Program-made: the position numbers and the translations under genes
IMG/VR virus record: IMGVR_UViG_3300025084_000011
Coordinates: 1 to 64,000 of that record
Direction: 5' to 3' (one strand)
Length of the DNA stretch: 64,000 nucleotides
Source: a virus
Lineage: Duplodnaviria > Caudoviricetes
The notes under the pieces: generated by a model
What the model was told of the DNA's origin: nothing
The model's input: the letters and a program-made list of their open reading frames with translations, nothing else
Database searches by the model: none
Shown: positions 1-7,866 of the stretch, piece after piece
Position numbering within the stretch: the stretch's first letter is position 1
Layout of the letters: each line of letters starts with the position of its first letter

Positions 1-15
1 ACAGTTTGCGGAGAG

Positions 16-393
16 TTTTCCACATTTCTGTGAATTATTTAAATACTTAAATAAACATGGTTACGTTCAGAATACCTCTCCTGATAGATGTCTAAATACT
101 CTGTTTTGTCTCTATTTGTAGTTACCTTGGAGCGTAACATATCAACCGAGAGACTGTCAACAACACAGGGACGATTTTCTGAGTTCCACACAGTGATTTG
201 ACAAATCCTCTGAGATGCTACATAATAGCAATGTTACTCGTTAACACTTCCACATTACACAATCATGGGACGCACTTACAAACGAAACGACCTGCATAAC
301 AGCAGACGCCCCAAGTCTATCCGAGAAAAGAGACAGTATTCCACAGGGAAACCCTCTCTCTACAATGATACTGACTCCACAGAGTTTTCCACA
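16..393 (+). other. Cluster of DnaA-box-like 9-mers (candidate replication-origin region)
   Basis: Exact TTTTCCACA at 16-24 and 385-393, TATTCCACA at 337-345, and degenerate copies at 182-190, 246-254 and 373-381, all in the same orientation. Confidence 0.45.
198..226 (+). promoter_or_regulatory. sigma70-type (early) promoter
   Basis: TTGACA (198-203), a 17-nt spacer, then CATAAT (221-226), upstream of the small-ORF cluster starting at 265. Confidence 0.75.
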
Positions 394-444
394 GGTAAGC
401 ATCAATCAAAGCAACAACGATTAGACTCCCACGATTATGAATGA
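265..444 (+). CDS. Small basic hypothetical protein (59 aa, MGRTYKRNDLHNSRRPKSIREK...)
   Basis: Read manually (not in the ORF track). It lies just downstream of the sigma70 promoter and overlaps the next ORF. Confidence 0.65.
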   Translation: MGRTYKRNDLHNSRRPKSIREKRQYSTGKPSLYNDTDSTEFSTGKHQSKQQRLDSHDYE

Positions 445-568
445 CACTCTACAATCAGACTGGATCGATGACATCCTAGATGATGAAACTACTGATGATA
501 TGTTAGACTTTGAGTGTGTACTTGATGAGTCTTTCGATGATCTATCAACGGAGGATTACTATGTCTAA
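437..568 (+). CDS. Small acidic hypothetical protein (43 aa, MNDTLQSDWIDDILDDE...)
   Basis: Read manually. It overlaps both neighbours by 8 nt, a coupled-operon geometry. Confidence 0.55.
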   Translation: MNDTLQSDWIDDILDDETTDDMLDFECVLDESFDDLSTEDYYV

Positions 569-728
569 ATCTATCCAGTTAGATACGAAACCCCCAGTAA
601 GTGTAAAGATCTGGGAGAAGCATAGGAAACACTTTTGGCGCTACGATTACGATGGTTGTCCTAAGTATGGTCCATTCACTGATTATCAACAAGCACTAGC
701 AGACTCTCTCTTCTATTCTACAAAATGA
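561..728 (+). CDS. Hypothetical protein (55 aa, MSKSIQLDTKPP...)
   Basis: Track ORF 510..728. The ATG at 561 has a GGAGG RBS upstream and is the more likely start. Confidence 0.7.
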   Translation: MSKSIQLDTKPPVSVKIWEKHRKHFWRYDYDGCPKYGPFTDYQQALADSLFYSTK

Positions 729-910
729 ATCTCCCCATTAAGTATGAAACACTGATGGATCTATATGATACTGGATCCCTCCCCCCTGATGAACAGATAG
801 AGTTAGCACAGTTCTTGATAGATACTGGACTATATGAACAACTCTCCCAGTATACACAGTGGTGTGACTATCTAATACTTGAAGGACTATGTTATGATGT
901 AGTTTGTTAA
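725..910 (+). CDS. Hypothetical protein (61 aa)
   Basis: ATGA overlap with the previous ORF; last gene of the small-ORF cluster. Confidence 0.7.
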   Translation: MNLPIKYETLMDLYDTGSLPPDEQIELAQFLIDTGLYEQLSQYTQWCDYLILEGLCYDVVC

Positions 911-915
911 CATGA

Positions 916-935
916 GGGACAGTTAATCCTGTCCC
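916..935. other. GC-rich stem-loop (GGGACAG-ttaatc-CTGTCCC)
   Basis: Perfect 7-bp inverted repeat immediately after the stop of 725..910, with no clear U-tract. Confidence 0.55.
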
Positions 936-1054
936 CTATATGACAGTAACCGTTGCCCCGTTATGTTATATCGCGGTAGCGGTATATTAATAAGTACCTT
1001 CTCTCTAACCTACAACAGTATCCCAGAGCGGTCGATATATTAAGTTAATGAATG

Positions 1055-1089
1055 TTTCCCCTGTATATGAAAAAATTTCCCCAGTATAT
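1055..1089 (+). repeat. 14-nt direct repeat pair TTTCCCC(T/A)GTATAT
   Basis: Copies at 1055-1068 and 1076-1089, one mismatch, 21-nt period, intergenic. Confidence 0.7.
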
Positions 1090-1127
1090 TCAGAGACCCT
1101 AGGGGATCAACTATCTTATGTAATGCT

Positions 1128-1688
1128 ATGTCTGAAAGAATCACTGAGGATACTCGGAGACCATACAACTACGAGGTTACGGAGAACTGGAAGGAATGGG
1201 TAGGACGCCCCTGGCCTGAGTCCCATAAGGACAGAGGACTGGGAGGTTGTTACCAGATCGTCCGAGACTTTTACAAAACGTATTATGGGAGGGATTTGTA
1301 TGATTACCCATCACAGAAAAAATATCTGTTTAAATCAGAGTATATCGAAGAGGAGCAGAGGAGGCAAGGAGGGTTCGACACAATCTATCAGGGTGGCATC
1401 TATGATGAGACACCATTAGATAACTTAGAGGTAGGGGACGTAATGATCATGAGACTGTTCTACGATCGCCTACAAGGGGGTTATTCATGGAAGGAGGGTA
1501 GAACATGCAATCACTGTGGTATATACCTCGGAGATGGATTCATGTTACACCACCCTGCATGGGAGACCAGTCGTATTGCAGACTTAGTAGCATTACAGTA
1601 TTGGGCAGATAATACAGAGGTAGTGTTGAGGTTGAAGGATCGCAAATTACTGAAACCCTATATAAAAACAAAAGGAGAAGTCTTATGA
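1128..1688 (+). CDS. NlpC/P60-family cysteine peptidase-like protein
   Basis: GCYQIVRDFY (catalytic Cys motif), LEVGDVMIM and NHCGIYLGDGFMLHH (catalytic His motif), as in lambda gpK-like NlpC/P60 domains. Confidence 0.8.
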   Translation: MSERITEDTRRPYNYEVTENWKEWVGRPWPESHKDRGLGGCYQIVRDFYKTYYGRDLYDYPSQKKYLFKSEYIEEEQRRQGGFDTIYQGGIYDETPLDNLEVGDVMIMRLFYDRLQGGYSWKEGRTCNHCGIYLGDGFMLHHPAWETSRIADLVALQYWADNTEVVLRLKDRKLLKPYIKTKGEVL

Positions 1689-1855
1689 GTAAACGATTTG
1701 TAGTGCCTGTGGAGGTAGATGAGAATGACGATTGTTTCATTACGTTTCCAGAGGAGGTAATGGAGGATTTGGGGTGGTATCCTGGGATGATGGTGGAGTG
1801 GAGTGAGGATATTGATGGTACTATTATTTTAAAAAAATCCGAAGAGCAAACCTAA
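1685..1855 (+). CDS. AbrB/MazE-like swapped-hairpin protein (56 aa)
   Basis: Read manually: MSKRFVVPVEVDENDDCFITFPEEVMEDLGWYPGMMVEWSEDIDGTIILKK, matching the ITxPxExxxxLGWxxG pattern. ATGA overlap with the previous gene. Confidence 0.7.
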   Translation: MSKRFVVPVEVDENDDCFITFPEEVMEDLGWYPGMMVEWSEDIDGTIILKKSEEQT

Positions 1856-1861
1856 GTTATT

Positions 1862-2113
1862 ATGGAAGATCAACAAGAGTTTCTAGATGTATACCGCGAG
1901 CATATGGAGATGATCGCGAAAGGTATGGAAAATCTAAGTGCTCGTTTAAATAATGTGGAAACGGCATTAGGACATATGCCAACACCTGGTGCTGATATGA
2001 TGAAGTATAAACCCGAAGGGTATGCGGATTACTTGAATATGAAAGAGATCTTTGATGATCTATATGTACGCCTAAATATGTTGGAAGACAGAATCAAAGT
2101 CATTGAACCCTAA
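1862..2113 (+). CDS. Hypothetical coiled-coil protein (83 aa)
   Basis: Intact ORF whose stop overlaps the next start (TAATG). Confidence 0.7.
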   Translation: MEDQQEFLDVYREHMEMIAKGMENLSARLNNVETALGHMPTPGADMMKYKPEGYADYLNMKEIFDDLYVRLNMLEDRIKVIEP

Positions 2114-5100
2114 TGTCCATTTTTATCCAGGAGACTGCTAGATCCTTTCCCAACATTGATGAGGGCGGTGTATATCAAAAGGAATGGGAAAGACCTGCAA
2201 GTGGTAATTATGAATCACATGCAAATCACTCTGGTCCTGGTACAGGGTATCGTATTACATTTAATGATGATGGACCTGGCACTACCGTATTTGGTAATGA
2301 TCGGGTCTATTATATTGGTGATAATGATGAGCAATGTTTTGGTGCAGCAGGTACACCATTAGAGGAGTGTGACTTTAATCGTCAACCTGTATATCGTTGG
2401 TATCGTAGTGGTGGTAATGATGATCATAAGTATACACCAAGGGGAGCATTGCGTTGGCCTACGGACTTCACTGGTGAGCAGGTAGGACAAGGTGAGGGTG
2501 GTGGTAAGGTTGCTCGTGCATATAACCGCGAACCCCGTAATGGTGAACCTGTATTCTTTTTATCAAGAGCAGGGAAACCAGGTAAGACTAAGGCAGTACA
2601 TATCTGGTATGAGAATAGTAAGAATGATACACAGTTAGTAGCAAACAATAGTACATACACAGCAGGAGCGGGTGGTGGACCTGGTGGTGGTTATGTTTAT
2701 ATTGAAGTCTTAGGGTATGTGTATAACACTCAGGCAGATGCTCAGATATATGCAGATACTGGTGAGACACCTGTACCGTTATATGAATATTACAAATCTA
2801 GTAGTACATCAGAGAAGGATCATTTCTATACTGTAAATGTACCAGGGGAAGTAAACTTAGAGCGCGTGAGTGGCGTACCTAATTGTAAGGAACCTCGTGA
2901 TGAGGAATATAGTTATGTTGGTATTGTAGGGTGGTGTTTCGCGAAGGATACTACAACAGGTAATCGTAAGGTATATGCAGATGTAGGATTGATTGGTCCG
3001 ATTGGTTATAGTACACCTGTGGACTATGCAACTCGTGCAGGTTGGTATGAATGGGAAGGACCTGATCTAGGTGGTCATCCTAGTATTGGTGGTAGTCCTG
3101 CTATCTACACTCATGAGAATTATGAGTATCAGTTTGATGCTGATGCAGGATATCTAAGACAATATGATCAAGATGGTCAGATGGTTGCCAATGGTGGTGG
3201 CATCTTTAATTATAATTATTTCAGAAGTAATCGTCTTAGCGGAGCATATTCTACAAATAGGCATCCTGCTGTGGGATGGGGTGATCCACAAATTTGTCCG
3301 ATTGATAATCGTGACGCATACTTTGAATGGGTGTATGGTAAGAATGGTGCGGTCAAAGCGGCAGTGCCCAAGTATCTTGAATTCCATGCAGCATTTGATT
3401 CGCAGTTCTTCTACTATGTGTACAACACAACGTATCCATGGAATGGACCGATCTTCTCTGTTCAGTATAGTATTAGTGATCGTAACCAATGTCCTAACAA
3501 AAATGTACCAGGCAGTGCAAACTCCACACCAGCAGATGATAGGTGTGTATGTGATGAAGCATTAGTTACCAAAGAGTATCATTCACACTTCTATGAGATT
3601 CGTCCTGACTCATGGAGAACTACTAATACCTCGTTGTCTCTTACAGACTTCCAGCATCATGGTATGAATGAATGTTTCAAGGTGTGTGATACTGAAAGTC
3701 ATACACTCTTGTTTAGATACGTTGATGGTGGTGTTGATAGATTTGCAGAAGGCGATACTATCAATGGATGGGAGATTGGTGAACACGCTTACTTTGGTAA
3801 CAAACTCCGTTGTGGTTATATGGAGTTGATTGGTGATGGCGATGTATTTACTGAGGGACAGATCTTTACACCCAATGGTAGAGACCCTGCTAACATCGAA
3901 GTGATTGCTGGATATGGTGTTGGTGATCGTGCAGCATTCTTTGGTGTGTATGAGTTCCCCAAGAAACTAAGTTACTACAAAGTAGAAATTGACCGCGATG
4001 CACTGATCCATAGTAAGACCTTAGATCAAGCAGAATTATCTGCAAAGGTGAGTAAGGACGGGCGCATCTCATCTATTATTATTGAAAATGCAGGGTTTGG
4101 ATATAAGAATCCATCGGTCGTAATTCAGGATCCTTTGATCTTGAATGAGTATGGTGCGATGGACTTAACTAGGGAAGTCACACAACAATTTAAGTTTGAA
4201 AATACTAAATTTAGAATCCCAGAAGATCATATCGAGAACTATGATGGTGAAGACTATGATTATAATCTAAAACGTATCAGTAAGAAAACTGTCAACGGTA
4301 TCAATCGTGACAGTGATAAGAGAATGCAGAAGAGGGAGAATGATTATCCCTATTCATCTAACTCCGATGTGAAGATTGAGGGTATGGATGAGGATGAGAA
4401 ACAAACCGTTCTCAAAGCAGTATCAATTCGTGATAAGAAGTTAAAGACAACTAGTAGTGAGGATCGTAGGCGTCGGAGGATGAAACCTGCTAAGATTGAA
4501 ATTAGTAGACTTGATGCTAATGGTGCTATTCGCGAGATTACGATTTTAGATCGTGGTGCAGGTTATGATCCTGATCCAGACAATCCTCCTAGAATCTTTG
4601 TGGCAGAGGTTGAGGAAGAAGAGTATAAGATGCGAGGTCCCAATACCAAGAAGGGGCAGAAAGCATTCAGGGAAACTGTCGCACCTGAGAAGAGAGCGGA
4701 GACTATAAGAAACTCAGATATCGATCCTAAGACTGGTCGATTCCGTTCGAGTGACATAAAATCCAAATCACTGAAAGAAGCAGTTGCAGAAAAGAGTGAC
4801 TTGAATACTAGTCAACTTGGTGTCTTGGATGATGGTACGTTGAAGAGTATGCAGACCATGATGAATGGTTTCAATGCTACGTACCCAACTGGTTATATTA
4901 AAATTGGTGAGGTTGATGAAACAGAGAAAACTGCATTATGTCAAGGCATTCCTAAGGAGTGCGTTAAGATCACTGTGCCTAGGTTAGCAACTGCTGCAAT
5001 ACCTAATGAAGGTGACTTTGAGTTTCTGATTAAGAACAGTACAGCATTTGCTCAGATGTATCAGACTACTTACTCTGATGCAACGATGGCAGCGAAGGCA

Positions 5101-6546
5101 GCAGATGGTGAGATGGATAAACTCAGTGACTTCTATGGATGGAACAATGGTCAGGAGTGTATTGTTATTCCACAACCTAAGTTCTACAATGTAACTAGGT
5201 TCAAGGATCTACCTTGCCCATATCTTGATGAGGAAACTGGTAAAGCATTTGGTTTCATTGTTTATAAGTATTGTGCATCCAAGGGTGACAATGGTGCTTT
5301 CAAAGTAACTCTTTCTACTCGTGGTAAAACCATTGGACCTGATGGTGAGAACTTCATGGCATGGATGCATAAACTTGATCAACCAGCAGTTACTAAACCA
5401 CGTCCTGTAACTAGTGGTGGAGTAGATAATAAGAATTGCTGGAAGTGTACTCGTAACATCACTGGGTCGATGGTTGGTGCAGGATCTGGTATTACTGGTT
5501 CCGTTGAAGGTAGATGCTACTGGGATCCTTCTGGTGGTAATGATGTGGTATTTGTTCCTATTGGTTTGGATGAGAATACGTATGACTGGCAACATGCGGA
5601 CTACTCAGAACTAACACAGTTATCTGTATGGTTAGGAGAGAACATCGAATCATATCGAACTCGATCATTAACATATACTACTCCTGATAGATTCAACACT
5701 GTAACCACTACTACAACAAATGAAGATGGATCGACATCTACAAGTACATCTCAGGTTCTTGCTGCTGCTGGTCAAACTAACAATAGTAATGTGTACTACA
5801 CAGCATCCATCAAACGACTGCAAAATGGTATGCCAGCAGAAGAGTGCTGGGACACCTATGTAAGGCGTTCTAGCGGCAATGGAAACCCTAATGGTGTCTT
5901 AGATGTCTATGGTTCCTATTGGCCTCAGGGAACAGGTAATAATCAAACACAAGGAAAAACACCTGGTCAAACTTTCTGGGAACAGAGAGGTGATGGGTCA
6001 GTAGGTGTCTATCAAGGATTCGGTGCTGGTGTCACATGTCTATACTCTGTCTTCTACTTGTATCTCCTTCTATATGGTAGTGGCAATGCTAACACACCAG
6101 CAGCAAATGAGTTTGCACTAGAATATGTGAATGACTTATCAATCTCTATTGACCCATATCAAATGAATCAACTTGGTATGATACTAGGACCATTCTCTGG
6201 TACTATGACTATTAAGAATTGGAGTGCAGGATCAACTATCACGTTTGGTCAAACTGCTAGAAATATGGGTAATCCATTCTTCGATGAATGTGGAGGTGGT
6301 GTCTTTAATGAAAGGAATGAAGTTGTGCAACCAAATCCACCAGCACCACTCAGGAAGATACATACATCATCTCATGATCCTGCTGATAAAGAGTTACTTA
6401 AAAAGAAATATAGTTCTTTGAGGGATGTTGAATTTGAAGATGATACTTACAAGGACTTCATTGATGAGGATTACAGTTTTGAGGATGACTTAAATACAAG
6501 GATATCAGATTTCTCTACGGACACAGACAATTTATTTAACGGTTAA
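2113..6546 (+). CDS. Large probable virion structural protein (1477 aa) with HFYT-type repeats
   Basis: Long ORF with PVYRWY..DHKYT and PLYEYY..DHFYT repeats, plus the baseplate-type motifs IENAGFGYKNP and ILDRGAGYDP; it precedes the PAAR-like gene and gp25. Confidence 0.75.
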   Translation: MSIFIQETARSFPNIDEGGVYQKEWERPASGNYESHANHSGPGTGYRITFNDDGPGTTVFGNDRVYYIGDNDEQCFGAAGTPLEECDFNRQPVYRWYRSGGNDDHKYTPRGALRWPTDFTGEQVGQGEGGGKVARAYNREPRNGEPVFFLSRAGKPGKTKAVHIWYENSKNDTQLVANNSTYTAGAGGGPGGGYVYIEVLGYVYNTQADAQIYADTGETPVPLYEYYKSSSTSEKDHFYTVNVPGEVNLERVSGVPNCKEPRDEEYSYVGIVGWCFAKDTTTGNRKVYADVGLIGPIGYSTPVDYATRAGWYEWEGPDLGGHPSIGGSPAIYTHENYEYQFDADAGYLRQYDQDGQMVANGGGIFNYNYFRSNRLSGAYSTNRHPAVGWGDPQICPIDNRDAYFEWVYGKNGAVKAAVPKYLEFHAAFDSQFFYYVYNTTYPWNGPIFSVQYSISDRNQCPNKNVPGSANSTPADDRCVCDEALVTKEYHSHFYEIRPDSWRTTNTSLSLTDFQHHGMNECFKVCDTESHTLLFRYVDGGVDRFAEGDTINGWEIGEHAYFGNKLRCGYMELIGDGDVFTEGQIFTPNGRDPANIEVIAGYGVGDRAAFFGVYEFPKKLSYYKVEIDRDALIHSKTLDQAELSAKVSKDGRISSIIIENAGFGYKNPSVVIQDPLILNEYGAMDLTREVTQQFKFENTKFRIPEDHIENYDGEDYDYNLKRISKKTVNGINRDSDKRMQKRENDYPYSSNSDVKIEGMDEDEKQTVLKAVSIRDKKLKTTSSEDRRRRRMKPAKIEISRLDANGAIREITILDRGAGYDPDPDNPPRIFVAEVEEEEYKMRGPNTKKGQKAFRETVAPEKRAETIRNSDIDPKTGRFRSSDIKSKSLKEAVAEKSDLNTSQLGVLDDGTLKSMQTMMNGFNATYPTGYIKIGEVDETEKTALCQGIPKECVKITVPRLATAAIPNEGDFEFLIKNSTAFAQMYQTTYSDATMAAKAADGEMDKLSDFYGWNNGQECIVIPQPKFYNVTRFKDLPCPYLDEETGKAFGFIVYKYCASKGDNGAFKVTLSTRGKTIGPDGENFMAWMHKLDQPAVTKPRPVTSGGVDNKNCWKCTRNITGSMVGAGSGITGSVEGRCYWDPSGGNDVVFVPIGLDENTYDWQHADYSELTQLSVWLGENIESYRTRSLTYTTPDRFNTVTTTTTNEDGSTSTSTSQVLAAAGQTNNSNVYYTASIKRLQNGMPAEECWDTYVRRSSGNGNPNGVLDVYGSYWPQGTGNNQTQGKTPGQTFWEQRGDGSVGVYQGFGAGVTCLYSVFYLYLLLYGSGNANTPAANEFALEYVNDLSISIDPYQMNQLGMILGPFSGTMTIKNWSAGSTITFGQTARNMGNPFFDECGGGVFNERNEVVQPNPPAPLRKIHTSSHDPADKELLKKKYSSLRDVEFEDDTYKDFIDEDYSFEDDLNTRISDFSTDTDNLFNG

Positions 6547-6548
6547 TC

Positions 6549-7091
6549 ATGGCATTCGGACTATTACTACCAGTTGCACCTATCACAGGGTTACCTGACT
6601 CAGGACATGGTATCTGTATACCGCCCACAGTCCACTCTGTGCAACCCTGTGGCACCCCTCCAATCCCTTACAGTATCGTTATTAAGGAATGGACATGTTG
6701 GTGGCCCCCTACTCCTCTAATTCCAATCAATCCACTGAGTGCTATCAAGGCAACTGTGCTCATCAACGGTCTTCCTTGCATGACTTTTGGTGATGTATTC
6801 ACACCACACATCTCAACTTGCACAAATATCATCATTTACATGTGTCCATGTGCCAAAGGATTGTGTCCTGTACCTACTCCTATCCCATGTTCACTCTTAA
6901 CGATCGAAGATAACGCTGGAATTGGTCATGTTCGATTCGCTTTCACATCAACACTGACTGTATTTTCTGCAAAACTACCAGTTGCTCGTGTTTTGGATCC
7001 ACTTGGCGTTGGAACACCTGGTTGGATGGGGTGGTCATATCCCTGTAACAGTGTGGTTGCGTATGGATCACCAAATGTGCTATCATCTTAG
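6549..7091 (+). CDS. PAAR-like baseplate spike-tip protein (T4 gp5.4-like)
   Basis: VLINGLPCMTFGD..PH, GH, TVF..KLPVARVLD and C..VVAYGSPNV motifs; lies just upstream of gp25. Confidence 0.75.
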   Translation: MAFGLLLPVAPITGLPDSGHGICIPPTVHSVQPCGTPPIPYSIVIKEWTCWWPPTPLIPINPLSAIKATVLINGLPCMTFGDVFTPHISTCTNIIIYMCPCAKGLCPVPTPIPCSLLTIEDNAGIGHVRFAFTSTLTVFSAKLPVARVLDPLGVGTPGWMGWSYPCNSVVAYGSPNVLSS

Positions 7092-7109
7092 GGTCCCCAT
7101 AGGAGCATA

Positions 7110-7259
7110 ATGGCAAAGAGATCAACGACAGGACTTGCTGGTGGTAACTTTATTCCATCACAACCTAAAACAACCCGTCAGGGAGCATCACAAAACACTA
7201 AACTTAGCGCAACATCACGAAATGGTAAGCAAAAGAGGTACAGAGGTCAAGGAAGGTAA
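7110..7259 (+). CDS. Small basic protein ending KRYRGQGR (49 aa)
   Basis: Read manually; AGGAG RBS at 7101-7105. The YRGQG C-terminus is typical of a small ORF between PAAR and gp25 in T4-like phages (from memory). Confidence 0.7.
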   Translation: MAKRSTTGLAGGNFIPSQPKTTRQGASQNTKLSATSRNGKQKRYRGQGR

Positions 7260-7437
7260 GGTAGTCACCACTCCTGAACTCGTCAAGGAATCAAATGTGG
7301 CACTGTATCGTGCCACAATGAACCTTCCACACGCTGCCAAACATTGTGGAATGACAGAACGGGAGATGAAAATGACATTTAGGGAGTTTTTGAAATATAA
7401 TCCTCCCGTTGAACCTATAAATAAACAAGAACACTGA
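7222..7437 (+). CDS. Hypothetical protein, possibly HTH-like (NLPHAAKHCGMTEREMK); start uncertain
   Basis: Same frame as track ORF 7135..7437, whose 5' part overlaps the 7110 gene. Confidence 0.6.
   Translation: MVSKRGTEVKEGKVVTTPELVKESNVALYRATMNLPHAAKHCGMTEREMKMTFREFLKYNPPVEPINKQEH
7416..7423 (+). promoter_or_regulatory. T4-type late promoter TATAAATA
   Basis: Exact consensus about 30 nt upstream of gp25. Confidence 0.75.
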
Positions 7438-7451
7438 TATAAATCAGAAAA

Positions 7452-7865
7452 TTGGCACGTTATCGGTTCCGATCTGAACAATTCCTGTCCCGAGGGTACA
7501 AAGATTTCTCTGTATCCTTCAATATGAATCCGAATACGGAAGATTTTGGGTCAGTTACGAATGAAAATGCTATTAAGCAGTCAGTTCGGAATCTTATCAT
7601 GACACAATTTGGAGAGAGACCCTTTCAAATGGAGATTGGGTCCCGCGTTACAGGTCTTTTGTTTGAACCGTTCGACGTTTTCTCAGCAGAAGACCTGAAA
7701 GACGAAATTAGAAATACCATTGAGAGACTGGAACCTCGTGTGACAGTCGAATCAGTGGATGTGATTCTCTCAGAAAGTGAAGATGCTCTTGATGTGAGCA
7801 TAGAGTATCGCATCGTTGGTGAAGAACTTGTTCAAACTATCGAATTTCTATTAGAACGCACCTAA
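7452..7865 (+). CDS. gp25: Baseplate wedge subunit gp25
   Basis: YKDFSVSF..NP, NENAIKQSVRNLI.T..GERPF and IERLEPRV motifs; TTG start; upstream of gp6. Confidence 0.92.
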   Translation: MARYRFRSEQFLSRGYKDFSVSFNMNPNTEDFGSVTNENAIKQSVRNLIMTQFGERPFQMEIGSRVTGLLFEPFDVFSAEDLKDEIRNTIERLEPRVTVESVDVILSESEDALDVSIEYRIVGEELVQTIEFLLERT

Positions 7866-7866
7866 A

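Noticed and set aside
510-560. Track start at 510 for the 510..728 ORF
   Set aside because: It overlaps the acidic 437..568 ORF, and the ATG at 561 has a GGAGG RBS.
911-1127. tRNA or known riboswitch in the intergenic gap
   Set aside because: No cloverleaf, T-loop (GTTCRA) or family motif that I can recognise. It is kept only as an unexplained structured element.
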